A stretch of 64,000 nucleotides of DNA. Source: Promethearchaeota archaeon. GTDB taxonomy: Archaea; Asgardarchaeota; Lokiarchaeia; Sigyniarchaeales; SOKP01. Positions 38,857 through 48,457 of this stretch are shown in pieces. The DNA is taken from assembly GCA_048941265.1 (NCBI GenBank), contig JBHLNT010000001.1:32001-96000 (forward strand), given 5' to 3'. The translations under genes and the position numbers were made by a program. The notes under the pieces are model-generated. The model was not told the DNA's origin, searched no databases, and worked only from the letters and a program-made list of their open reading frames with translations. Position 1 is the stretch's first letter, and every line of letters begins with the position of its first letter.

Positions 38857-39741
38857 TTAAGATGCCTCACTTTCGTATTTTTCTAAGGCTCTGCATTCTC
38901 GATCATAGCACTCCGCTGACATTTTCTCTTGATCAAGAAATCTATTTGCGCGTTTTAAAAGATTATCAAAATCAACTATATGTCCATCAACATCTGGACC
39001 ATCAACACAGGCAAAATAAATATCACCATCGAGTGTTGAAAATCGACATCCACCACACATTCCAGTTCCATCAATCATTATTGTATTCAAAGAAACATAT
39101 GTTTTTACTTTAGGAAAATTTCCAGATCCATTAGTTGTAAGAGTAACATACTTCATCATAATTAAAGGTCCAATTGCGATAACAAGACTAATCTTCTCTC
39201 GCATAATTAGTTCCTTAAGTGGTTCAGTGACAACTCCTTTTATCCCCTCACTTCCATCGTCAGTACAGATGATCAATTCATCACTTACTGAACGCATTTT
39301 TTCTCTCCAAAACAATAAATCCTTGTTTCTTGCACCTATTATTGTTATAATTTTATTTCCTGCTTCTTTTAATTCCTTTGCTTGAGGATAACAAGGCGCA
39401 ATTCCAATACCACCGCCTATAATGACAACCGGATATTCATATTTTTCAATATGAATTTTATTTCCAAGAGGTCCCACAATATCAAGAATCTCATCTCCCA
39501 CGTTTTGATGAGAAAGTAATTTTGTACTTTTTCCAACAACTTGGACTACTATGGTTATGGTTCCCTTTTCTCGATCATAATCTGCTATAGTTAAAGGAAA
39601 CCGTTCACCCGTCTCATTAATTCTTATTAGAATAAAATTTCCTCCATGAGCTTTTCTTGATATGAGTGGCGTATCTAATACCATTTCATATACTTGACCA
39701 CTATTCCCAAGTTCTCGTTTTTCTAAAATTTTAAAAGGCAA
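38857..39741 (-). CDS. nfnA: NfnA/SudB-like FAD/[2Fe-2S] ferredoxin-NAD(P) reductase small subunit
   Basis: GERFPLTIAD, VGPLG, GGGIGIAP, TDDGS, MIDGTGMCGGCR..ACVDGP. Confidence 0.92.
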   Translation of the reverse strand: MPFKILEKRELGNSGQVYEMVLDTPLISRKAHGGNFILIRINETGERFPLTIADYDREKGTITIVVQVVGKSTKLLSHQNVGDEILDIVGPLGNKIHIEKYEYPVVIIGGGIGIAPCYPQAKELKEAGNKIITIIGARNKDLLFWREKMRSVSDELIICTDDGSEGIKGVVTEPLKELIMREKISLVIAIGPLIMMKYVTLTTNGSGNFPKVKTYVSLNTIMIDGTGMCGGCRFSTLDGDIYFACVDGPDVDGHIVDFDNLLKRANRFLDQEKMSAECYDRECRALEKYESEAS

Positions 39742-39896
39742 TACTTTTTCCCCTTTTAGTTTAAAATACTTCCAAATTCTAAGAATTCTAAAATTATTTT
39801 GATTTTTTTAAATTTTTGATTATGATTTAGAAGAAAAATTCAAAAAGAAAAAACTTTTTCTGTAGTTGATATTTGAAATTTTATCTTTTTCTAAAG

Positions 39897-42653
39897 TTAT
39901 AATAGCCATAACATCTTTCCTATAAATGTTGTCAAATCAATGACTTTAAGTTTATTTTTTAACTCGATATGTTCATTTAAATAACAATTAAAATGAGCTA
40001 GGCATTTTGGACAACTAACGATTAAGTATTCTGCACCTGTATCTATTGCTTCATTTATTCTCTGAGCCTGTAGAACCTTAGAATACTCATTACAGGTAAT
40101 ATAAGCAGCAACACCACAACAGGAAGCATCCTTTTTATTATTTTCCATTTCTTTAAATTCAATAAATGGAAGCTTCTCTAATATTTCCCGTGGAGCATCA
40201 TAGATATTGCTCATTCGACCTAGTCTGCACGCATCGTGATAAGTTATTTTGATCTTCTCTCTTGGAGGAAATTTTAAGCCATCCAATAGATTTTCCTTCA
40301 GAATGTATTCAGTAATATGATAGATTTCAAAATCAAATTGAGAACTCCCCTTAAATAGTTTTTTATACTCATACTTCCAAGTATAATATCCTTCTGCACA
40401 GCTAAATATTATTGTCTTAACGCCAGCATCTTTAAACAATTGGACGTTATATTTCGCCAATTTTTCAAAGGTATTTATATCTCCAACCCAAAGACTATCA
40501 TGTCCACAGCATTTTTCTTCTGGTAAAACAACCGGGATAATATCTTTTTGATTTAGAAGTCCTATTACTGCTTTAGGTATTTCTAAATAATCTAAAAGAT
40601 TTCGATAATGAATATTTGGATGTTCGCCATAATGACAATGTTGGATATTTGATTCATCACAAGCATTAGAATAAGCAGTAAGATCTTGATCAGTGCTGCA
40701 ACAAATATTACAACTTAAGCACCTACTTGCTTCTTGGATTGCTTGATCTTGGCTTAGCGCGATCTCTACTTCATCAAAAATCTTTATTCTCTCTTCAATT
40801 GGTAGCATGTCCATATCTTGTCTAAAAGCCGCTTGAGCGTATTTTTTGGGCATGGGGGATATTTTGGAATCACCCTTTCTGACCCTATTTTTCCGTAAAT
40901 CGATGCCCTTCAAAAAACGATCAATTGAAACAGCAGCTTCATAACCATTTCCTATGGCTTTAATCGCTATACCCTTCCCTCCAATTATATCTCCACCCGC
41001 AAAAACTCCAGGAACATTGGTTTCTAAAGTTATATCATCAGCTTGAATATTACCCCATCTATTGATCTCTAATTTATCTTGAAAAGCCCTTCTTACAGAA
41101 GATAATTCTGCTATTTGACCTAAAGCAAGAATCAATATATCTAAGTTCATTTTAAATTCTGAGCCCTCAATTGGAACCGGGCTTCTTCTTCCTGATTCAT
41201 CAGGTTCTCCTAGCTCCATTTGAATACATTCAACTTCAATTAGATTCCCCTCTTTATCCCCGTATAGTTTCACAGGATTAGTTAGAAAGTGAAATTCTAC
41301 ACCTTCTTCTTTTGCGGTTTCAATTTCTTCCCTTAAGGCAGGCATTTCTCTTTCGGAGCGTCTATAAATATCAATAACTTTTTTAGCTCCCAATCTTAGA
41401 GCTGTTCTTGCCGAATCTATTGCTGCATTTCCACCTCCTACTACACCAACGCTTTTTTCTCTGAAATCAAACTCTTTTTTTAAGATATTTCTATCTTTTA
41501 GAAAATCTAAGCTGCCCATAACATTATTAAGATCCTCACCCTCAATTTTCATTTTTCGATAATCTTGTAACCCGACTGACAGAAAAAAAGCTTTATATCC
41601 CTGATTCTTTAAATCATCATATGTTAAATTGGAACCTACTGGAGAATTTGTTTTGATTTCAACACCCATTTTTTCGATAAATTCTATCTCGTAATCTAAT
41701 ATATCATATGGTAATCGATATTTAGGGATACCGGCTCTGAGCATGCCCCCCTTATAGGATGATTCTTCGAATACAGTAGGTTTATAACCCATTCTAGCTA
41801 AATAATATGCAGCTGTCAACCCTGCAGGTCCTGAACCGATTATCGCAACTTTTTCTTTAGTTTGTTTGACAGGTTCAATTTCTGATTGGTTTGGATTCTT
41901 TAATTCCCAATCTGAAATAAAGCGTTTTAATGCCCGGATAGCGACAGGATCATCAATTTCTTTTCGATTACAATAATCTTCACAGGGCTGGGTACAAATT
42001 CGTCCACAAACTAACGGGAAAGGATTTTTTTCCCTAATTAAATCAAGAGCTTCTTGAAATTTTCCTTCACCGATTAAAGAGACATAACCTTGAACATCAA
42101 CTCCTGCTGGACATGCATTTGAGCAGGGTGCAACCGAATTCATAAAAGGGAGACATCCCATAAAATATGCTATTTCTCCCTTATCAGTAATTTTTAAATG
42201 AGTATCATCCAAAAACCCAATTTTATTATATATCTCAATTTCGTCATTAGCCATTAAATAAGGCAAATTTGAATATAATCTGCCATGATGACACTCCAGT
42301 TGTTGATTTTGGAGGGGCTCATACTCAGTAGCTAATGAACGTAATTCTAAAATTATCTCTGGGATATTAACCCCTACGTTATCCTTAGTCATTGGGCAAT
42401 ACTCCATGCACTCCCCACAAGTTAAACAATACCAAATATTGTGCTTCTCTAATACCTCTTCTGGAGGTAGAAATGTTAAATCATTGATTAAATCCCTTGG
42501 ATGAAATATTCCTAAATAAGACAAGGGACATACATTCACGCATCTGTTACAATTAAAGCAATAATTTGCTGCAGCTCTCACCTTTTCAATAAATTCCTTT
42601 GAAATAATTTTTTTTTCCTTATTATGAGTACTTTTATCACTTGATTCGGTCAT
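39897..42653 (-). CDS. HdrD-like (4Fe-4S + CCG) protein with inserted GltD/NfnB-like FAD/NAD(P) module
   Basis: CFNCNRCVNVCP, CLTCGECMEYCP, YFMGC; APCSNACP..GSGPAG..GGGNAA..RCLSC insert; KCCGH, YHDACRLGR, SCCG, SCPKC. Confidence 0.88.
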   Translation of the reverse strand: MTESSDKSTHNKEKKIISKEFIEKVRAAANYCFNCNRCVNVCPLSYLGIFHPRDLINDLTFLPPEEVLEKHNIWYCLTCGECMEYCPMTKDNVGVNIPEIILELRSLATEYEPLQNQQLECHHGRLYSNLPYLMANDEIEIYNKIGFLDDTHLKITDKGEIAYFMGCLPFMNSVAPCSNACPAGVDVQGYVSLIGEGKFQEALDLIREKNPFPLVCGRICTQPCEDYCNRKEIDDPVAIRALKRFISDWELKNPNQSEIEPVKQTKEKVAIIGSGPAGLTAAYYLARMGYKPTVFEESSYKGGMLRAGIPKYRLPYDILDYEIEFIEKMGVEIKTNSPVGSNLTYDDLKNQGYKAFFLSVGLQDYRKMKIEGEDLNNVMGSLDFLKDRNILKKEFDFREKSVGVVGGGNAAIDSARTALRLGAKKVIDIYRRSEREMPALREEIETAKEEGVEFHFLTNPVKLYGDKEGNLIEVECIQMELGEPDESGRRSPVPIEGSEFKMNLDILILALGQIAELSSVRRAFQDKLEINRWGNIQADDITLETNVPGVFAGGDIIGGKGIAIKAIGNGYEAAVSIDRFLKGIDLRKNRVRKGDSKISPMPKKYAQAAFRQDMDMLPIEERIKIFDEVEIALSQDQAIQEASRCLSCNICCSTDQDLTAYSNACDESNIQHCHYGEHPNIHYRNLLDYLEIPKAVIGLLNQKDIIPVVLPEEKCCGHDSLWVGDINTFEKLAKYNVQLFKDAGVKTIIFSCAEGYYTWKYEYKKLFKGSSQFDFEIYHITEYILKENLLDGLKFPPREKIKITYHDACRLGRMSNIYDAPREILEKLPFIEFKEMENNKKDASCCGVAAYITCNEYSKVLQAQRINEAIDTGAEYLIVSCPKCLAHFNCYLNEHIELKNKLKVIDLTTFIGKMLWLL

Positions 42654-42759
42654 TTTTCAAATATAATCATAATTCTCCTTTATTAGTATAATTAAATCGG
42701 AATTTTATATGCAATTATTTTAAATATAAATACATCATATTAAAAAACAATAAATTATT

Positions 42760-43509
42760 TTGGACAAAACTATAAAAGTAAAAATAGGGATTCATTTGAT
42801 ATCGCAAGTCTTGGATCTCGCAAGATTTCTTTTAAATTTTATAGTTTTTGCTTTTTATGGAATCGTTTTTATTTTTTTGGCATATAGAGTTATAAAAAGA
42901 AATAGAACGAGAATTAGCTTTATAATCACAGGCTTTTACTTATCTTGTGGAACAGGTGTCATAGTAGACCTTGTTTATATCATCATTACGCCTCTTATAG
43001 AGGATTTAATACTTTTATTTTTATATTTCATTACAGTCTTCCTTTTAAGCATGTCCTTATGTTTCTTAAACTTATTTGTTATGATGTTATATAAATCAGA
43101 AAGGATTTTTACTACACAAATTCAATTACTCTATTTATTTTTTTTTAGTATATTAATCTTAACACTTTTTCTCATCCCTAATGCTGTTGCTATAAACGAA
43201 AGTACAGGTTGGAGACCAAAATGGAGTCTAGTATTTACGGTTCTCTTTTTGATGATTTGCACTTTTGGAGCGATTATTCCTACTTATTATTATTCCATCA
43301 AATTATATCAAAAAATTGAAAACAAAGATTTAAGAAAAAGATGGCTCTGTTTCATTATTGGAATTTCAGGTTATTTCTTTTTATGTTATGGTACTTCCTA
43401 TTTTTGTTATTTCGGGCACGTCAATTTAATAATTTGGGCCATTATAGCTATGCCCTCCTTAATCAATTTATATCTTATCTATTACGGTATTGGACGTCAA
43501 ATGGAGTAA
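42760..43509 (+). CDS. Stand-alone 7TM membrane protein, paralog 1
   Basis: Seven hydrophobic segments; IPNA..INESTGWRPKWS, RKRW, YYGIG; TTG 42796 possible start. Confidence 0.8.
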   Translation: MDKTIKVKIGIHLISQVLDLARFLLNFIVFAFYGIVFIFLAYRVIKRNRTRISFIITGFYLSCGTGVIVDLVYIIITPLIEDLILLFLYFITVFLLSMSLCFLNLFVMMLYKSERIFTTQIQLLYLFFFSILILTLFLIPNAVAINESTGWRPKWSLVFTVLFLMICTFGAIIPTYYYSIKLYQKIENKDLRKRWLCFIIGISGYFFLCYGTSYFCYFGHVNLIIWAIIAMPSLINLYLIYYGIGRQME

Positions 43510-43667
43510 GAATTAAACGTGTTATTTTGCAAATATTTTATTACTAAAAATAATCTATCTTTTTAAAGTAAAAGAAATTAGACATAAAAAAAATAAAAAT
43601 TTTTATTACAAAAACAGTTTATTTATTATATAATTAGGGATGGGGTAAGTAATAAATATTTAGACAA

Positions 43668-44357
43668 ATGGACGTCGCTCGATTCATTCAAATTTATATT
43701 GTTCAAGGATTAATTGGTTTGTTTTATCTTTATATGTCATATGTAATTCTAAGACGGGATAAAAAAAATCTTCATCTTGCACTATGTGGTTTTTATGTAT
43801 GTGTAGGCTTAGGAGTTATAATAAATATAATTTATGCCTCCTTTTTTGATGAAGCTCTTGTATATCTTCTTCATTTTTTAACGTATTTTTTGCTTTGTTT
43901 TTGTCAAGTTTTCTTACTAATTTTTGTATTAATTTTAACTAAATCTAAGAATATAATTAATCTAAAAGTCCAATTAGTTTTAATTATTACTTTTGGGATA
44001 CTTCTATGTGGACTATGGTTTATCCCGAATGGAATTACGATTAATGAAACCACAAATTGGAAACCTGTTTGGAGCAGGGAATTTTTAATTTATTCTTATG
44101 CTGTTTGTACCTTGTTTACATTTGGACCTTTGATATATTATTCAACAAAGATCTATCTCAAATTAGAGAGTTTATATTTAAAGAGAAAGTGGCTATTTTT
44201 CATAATAGGATTATTGTCTTACTACTTTCTTTATTATGGTACTTCTCTGTCAAATTCTTTAAATGATTCTGGATTTAGATTGATATGGTCTATTATATCC
44301 CTCTTTGTAATACCATCAACATACCTTATTTATTACGGAGTCGGAAGGGAGTTATAA
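43668..44357 (+). CDS. Stand-alone 7TM membrane protein, paralog 2
   Basis: Seven TMs; IPNGITINETTNWKPVWS, KRKW, YYGVG. Confidence 0.82.
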   Translation: MDVARFIQIYIVQGLIGLFYLYMSYVILRRDKKNLHLALCGFYVCVGLGVIINIIYASFFDEALVYLLHFLTYFLLCFCQVFLLIFVLILTKSKNIINLKVQLVLIITFGILLCGLWFIPNGITINETTNWKPVWSREFLIYSYAVCTLFTFGPLIYYSTKIYLKLESLYLKRKWLFFIIGLLSYYFLYYGTSLSNSLNDSGFRLIWSIISLFVIPSTYLIYYGVGREL

Positions 44358-44570
44358 TTAGTAAACTTAACTATTATATGCATATTCATAAAGACACAGT
44401 TAAGCAGATATAATATAGACCATTAAAATAATTTTTGGTAAAAATTCTTCATATGGAATTAAGTTAAATAGAAAACTTAAATTTTTAATGGATTAGTGAG
44501 ATCTTAATACTAATAATATTTTATTTAAAAATTAGAATAAATTAAGTAAAACCAGAGGGAGATCGAATTT

Positions 44571-45287
44571 ATGGTATTTTATCAATTAGATCTTGCTAGA
44601 ATTATTCAAGTATACATTGTTCAAGGTTCTGTGGCAATTTTTTTTGTAATTCTCGCATATAAAATACTTAAGCGTGATACTAAAAGGTTAAATTTAATGT
44701 TTAGCTGTTTTTATTTAAGTATAACCATAGGCCTTATCGTGAATATTATTTATGTTCCTTTGACTATTGAGGCTATTGTATTAGTTCTTTACTATATTAC
44801 AATCTTCTTCATTTTATTAGGACCCATATTTCTTCTTGTGGTTGAATTAATGCTGTTAAAGTCCGAAAAAGTTATTAATACCACTAAGCAATTAACAATT
44901 ATCTTAATTTATGCGATTGCATTATCTTGTATGATATTCATCCCAAATGGAGTCACTATTAATTCTAGCACAGAATGGAAACCAGTTTGGAGTATTCCTT
45001 ATTTTATCTATACAATCACAGTACTCACAGTTGGAGCAATAGTACCATCTTTATATTTTTCTTACCAAATATATAAGCAATTTGAAGATGAAAAGTTAAA
45101 GAAAAAGTGGGGATATTTCATTATTGGTCTTTATGGACTTATTTTTCTCATGTATGGTACATTGACTTCGAATACATTAAATGACCAAACATTTAGGACA
45201 GTATGGGCGATAATATCACTATTTTTAATCACTGTCCCCCCATATCTCGTATATTATGGAGTTGGCAAAGAGCTGGAAGCAGATTAA
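44571..45287 (+). CDS. Stand-alone 7TM membrane protein, paralog 3
   Basis: Seven TMs; IPNGVTINSSTEWKPVWS, KKKW, YYGVG. Confidence 0.82.
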   Translation: MVFYQLDLARIIQVYIVQGSVAIFFVILAYKILKRDTKRLNLMFSCFYLSITIGLIVNIIYVPLTIEAIVLVLYYITIFFILLGPIFLLVVELMLLKSEKVINTTKQLTIILIYAIALSCMIFIPNGVTINSSTEWKPVWSIPYFIYTITVLTVGAIVPSLYFSYQIYKQFEDEKLKKKWGYFIIGLYGLIFLMYGTLTSNTLNDQTFRTVWAIISLFLITVPPYLVYYGVGKELEAD

Positions 45288-45443
45288 AGAAATTAATAAA
45301 TTAAATTCTTATTTTTTTTACTTAAATTTTATTTTTTGGAGATAACTATATATGTATAAGATTAGTAAATAATTTGAATTGTGCAGAATTTCAGTTATTA
45401 TATAGCTTAATTTCTCGGAATTATAATCTCGTATAGAAATTTT

Positions 45444-45797
45444 ATGTCAGTTGTGAGTGAACTTTTACGTGTAAAAGGAATTGGTCCTAAAGCTGCTGAA
45501 AGATTAAATAAAGCAGGGATTAGTTCAATTGAACAACTGGCAAATGCAAAACCCGAAGAATTAGCTTTTGTAAAAGGTATCGGTATCGTTTCAGCGAAAA
45601 AAATAAAGGAAAATGCTCAATATATTTTAAATTTTGAAAGAGGCCTTACAATTGTTTTAGATAAAATCAGAGAAAATTTTTCAAAGAGTTGTCCCAAATG
45701 TGGAGGAGATATGGAAAAAAAATTCATAATCTTAGGACCTGAAAGGAGAATATCCGCAAACCAATGTAAATTATGTAAATTCTATATGCCCAGTTGA
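45444..45797 (+). CDS. Helix-hairpin-helix plus Zn-ribbon protein
   Basis: VKGIGPKAA and VKGIGIVSA HhH motifs; CPKC..CKLC. Confidence 0.82.
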   Translation: MSVVSELLRVKGIGPKAAERLNKAGISSIEQLANAKPEELAFVKGIGIVSAKKIKENAQYILNFERGLTIVLDKIRENFSKSCPKCGGDMEKKFIILGPERRISANQCKLCKFYMPS

Positions 45798-45867
45798 AAA
45801 CAGTTGCAAATTAATTAAATAATAATTAGATAAATCAATTATAAAGATAATATTAAACTTTTTCAGA

Positions 45868-46890
45868 TTAAATTTGAAAATATAAGAGTTTTAAAATAGC
45901 ATAAAAACCAAAAAATCCAATTAATAGTAAAGCTTCCCATTTCTTAAGAGTTTTTTCTGTCCATAAAAAACAATAAGATAAACACAAGGCAATAAAAAGC
46001 ATAGGGATATCAAAAGTTATTATAATGAGTGCTACATTAAACTCTGAAATTACAGCACCTAAACCTGTTGCTAAAAGAATATCACAAATATTTGATCCTA
46101 GAATATCACCTACGGCAAGTCCCTCTGATCTTCGACGTAGAGCAGTTAAATCGGCTGCTAGTTCTGGTAAACTAGTACCTACTCCAACAATTAATATTCC
46201 AATAACGTTTGCAGGAATATCCAAAGATTTTGCCAGTTGAATCGAAAAAATAATAGTAGTTTCAGCAGCTATTAGCAAAATACAAAGCCCAATTAAGAAG
46301 ATTCCGATATCTTGCTTCAATGTTGTATTTTTAAGGATTTGTTCCATAGGCTCGAAATAATCCTGTTCTAATTCATCCTTTTCATAAAATTCTTCTTTAT
46401 ATTTTTTTTGTTCAATCTTTCTTTCACTAATTATGATTAAAACCAAATACATAAAATATGTTATTATCATTATTGAAGCTTCAATACGGGTTATCACTCC
46501 ATCAACAGCACATAATAAAAACACGATTAATGAAATAAATAACATAAGACCCTCTCGCTTTAATACCCATTTATTAACAAATATTGAACGACTTAAACCT
46601 AAAATACCTAGAATAAGCGTTATTTGGCAAAAGAAAGAACCTACTTTATTCCCAATTACAATTCCATCTATATTACTTGAAACACCTGCTAATTTATCAA
46701 TTCCGCCTGATATACTTATAGCAATTTCAGGTAAACTAGTGCCAATTGCTAATATCGTGAGTCCGACCATTAAATGACTGATTTCTAGGCGGTAAGCAAT
46801 GTTTTCCAAACTTCTTATCACTAACTTCGAACCAAAATACAATGCAATAAAACCAACTAAAATCATTAAAATTGTAATCAGTAAAATCAT
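45868..46890 (-). CDS. Na+/Ca2+ antiporter (CaCA, YrbG-like)
   Basis: Two alpha repeats GTSLPE with GNKVGS / GDILGSN. Confidence 0.93.
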   Translation of the reverse strand: MILLITILMILVGFIALYFGSKLVIRSLENIAYRLEISHLMVGLTILAIGTSLPEIAISISGGIDKLAGVSSNIDGIVIGNKVGSFFCQITLILGILGLSRSIFVNKWVLKREGLMLFISLIVFLLCAVDGVITRIEASIMIITYFMYLVLIIISERKIEQKKYKEEFYEKDELEQDYFEPMEQILKNTTLKQDIGIFLIGLCILLIAAETTIIFSIQLAKSLDIPANVIGILIVGVGTSLPELAADLTALRRRSEGLAVGDILGSNICDILLATGLGAVISEFNVALIIITFDIPMLFIALCLSYCFLWTEKTLKKWEALLLIGFFGFYAILKLLYFQI

Positions 46891-47242
46891 ATTTTCAACC
46901 TTTCACTAAAATGGTGAATTTTTAATCTTTAGTAAAACTCTTCCCATCAAACAGAATAACTAATTCTAATTATTGATAACTCTAAATTATTTTTTAAACA
47001 AGAGACATCTAACTCATTAGGATTTGCTCAGGTTGTATATAAATCTTAAACATTTTTTAAATAGTATAGATGGGGATTATTGTTTCCAAATATATTAGAA
47101 TAAAGTAATATATAAATGTATCCTTTTTTTGCACTAAAAAAATACAAAAAAAAAACAACTAAATTCCTAAATTTAGACAAAAATAGGATAATAAAATGAC
47201 ATTTGATAAAGTTATTAAAGAAATAATTTTAGAATATATTTA

Positions 47243-47416
47243 ATGGATAATGAAAAAAATAAAGATATGCACGAATTGCATGTTACGCTTGAAAAAGAAG
47301 TGTTCGATAGATTAGAAACTATTAAAGATTATCATGGAATAAAGAATCTTACTGAAATTGTTCGATTTTTAATAACGAAAGAATATAGACACATAAAAAA
47401 GTCTGAAAAAAATTAG
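47243..47416 (+). CDS. Small ribbon-helix-helix (CopG-like) DNA-binding protein, 57 aa, absent from ORF track
   Basis: MDNEKNKDMHELHVTLEKEVFDRLETIKDYHGIKNLTEIVRFLITKEYRHIKKSEKN*: strand LHVTL, helix, G turn, TEIVRFLI helix. Confidence 0.75.
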   Translation: MDNEKNKDMHELHVTLEKEVFDRLETIKDYHGIKNLTEIVRFLITKEYRHIKKSEKN

Positions 47417-47459
47417 CGATTCTTATAATCTTATTTAAAAAAATTTCAATTTTTAGCTA

Positions 47460-48215
47460 TTATTTAATTCTCTTCATTAGTGCCGTAAAAATTTCGCTAG
47501 CACTACCTCGTAAAAAAATGTCAGCGAGATTGTCCATAACCGTACTTTCTCTATTGATAAAAATAATACTTGCTCCATATTGTTTAGCGATGGTCGGCAT
47601 GAAATTCGCGGGTGAAACTACTAAAGAACTCCCTACCATAAGAAAACAATCACATTCTCTGCAAGCATTCATTGCCCCCTCCATAACACCCATAGGTAAG
47701 GATTCTCCGAATAGGATCACTTTTGGTTTAATATAACCAGAACATTCGCATATAGGATATTTAACGCTTTTAGTATCAATATCCTTGTAATGGAACTCTT
47801 TCCTGCATTTTATACACTCTAAAATACCAAATTGTCCGTGAAGTTCGTAAATATTAGCCCCATATTCTCCACTTCCGGCTTTTTGATGAAGCATATCTAC
47901 ATTCTGAGTGATTAAAGCTTTAACTTTTCCAAGTTTTTCTAATTCTGCTATGGCTTTATGAGCGAGATTTGGTTGGGCTTCAGATACAAGATCTTCCAGC
48001 TCTTTGTGCATTTCCCAGAATTTAGAGGGATCATCTAAAAAGTAATCATAACTCGCATAAATAGCAGGATCATATCGACTCCAAAGCCCCCCCTCACTTC
48101 GAAAATCATCAATTCCGGATTCTGTTGAAATACCTGCCCCCGTAAAAACAACAATATAATTAGCTTCTTTAATAATATTTGCTGCGTCTGTTATTTGTTT
48201 TTCATCTATCATCAA
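47460..48215 (-). CDS. cobB: NAD-dependent protein deacylase (sirtuin, Sir2/CobB)
   Basis: TGAGISTESGIDDFR, ITQNVD, ELHG, Zn Cys pairs, GSSLVV. Confidence 0.95.
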   Translation of the reverse strand: MMIDEKQITDAANIIKEANYIVVFTGAGISTESGIDDFRSEGGLWSRYDPAIYASYDYFLDDPSKFWEMHKELEDLVSEAQPNLAHKAIAELEKLGKVKALITQNVDMLHQKAGSGEYGANIYELHGQFGILECIKCRKEFHYKDIDTKSVKYPICECSGYIKPKVILFGESLPMGVMEGAMNACRECDCFLMVGSSLVVSPANFMPTIAKQYGASIIFINRESTVMDNLADIFLRGSASEIFTALMKRIK

Positions 48216-48457
48216 AATTAATTTACAACTTTATTATATTTAATATTATAATTTGTAAAATATCGATTTTAACCTTTTAAATAAAAGTGAAAAATTGTAG
48301 GTTTAATATTATAACAGGATTATATTTAGGACGTATTTAAGCCCACCATAGCTAGTAACTATGTATTCCTATATTCGGTGGATTGTAAGCATTGTCAAAT
48401 GTTTTTTCAGAGAGAGATGAATTTTTACAGCTTCGAGTATAAATTCTTCAATATTCT

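Noticed and set aside
33360-39741. Annotation as glutamate synthase small subunit (gltD)
   Set aside because: No glutamate synthase large subunit nearby; adjacency to an NfnA-type gene favours Nfn/Sud
33360-42653. Possible selenoproteins or SECIS elements, since Lokiarchaeia encode Sec in some redox enzymes
   Set aside because: These ORFs are uninterrupted, end in TAA/TAG and have Cys at the motif positions; no in-frame TGA needing read-through was seen
48341-48390. GC-richer intergenic patch with CCACC/GGTGG and ATAG/CTAT stems, a possible ncRNA or IS200/IS605 end
   Set aside because: Stems are only 4-5 bp, there is no second copy or transposase in the window, and it does not fit a tRNA cloverleaf
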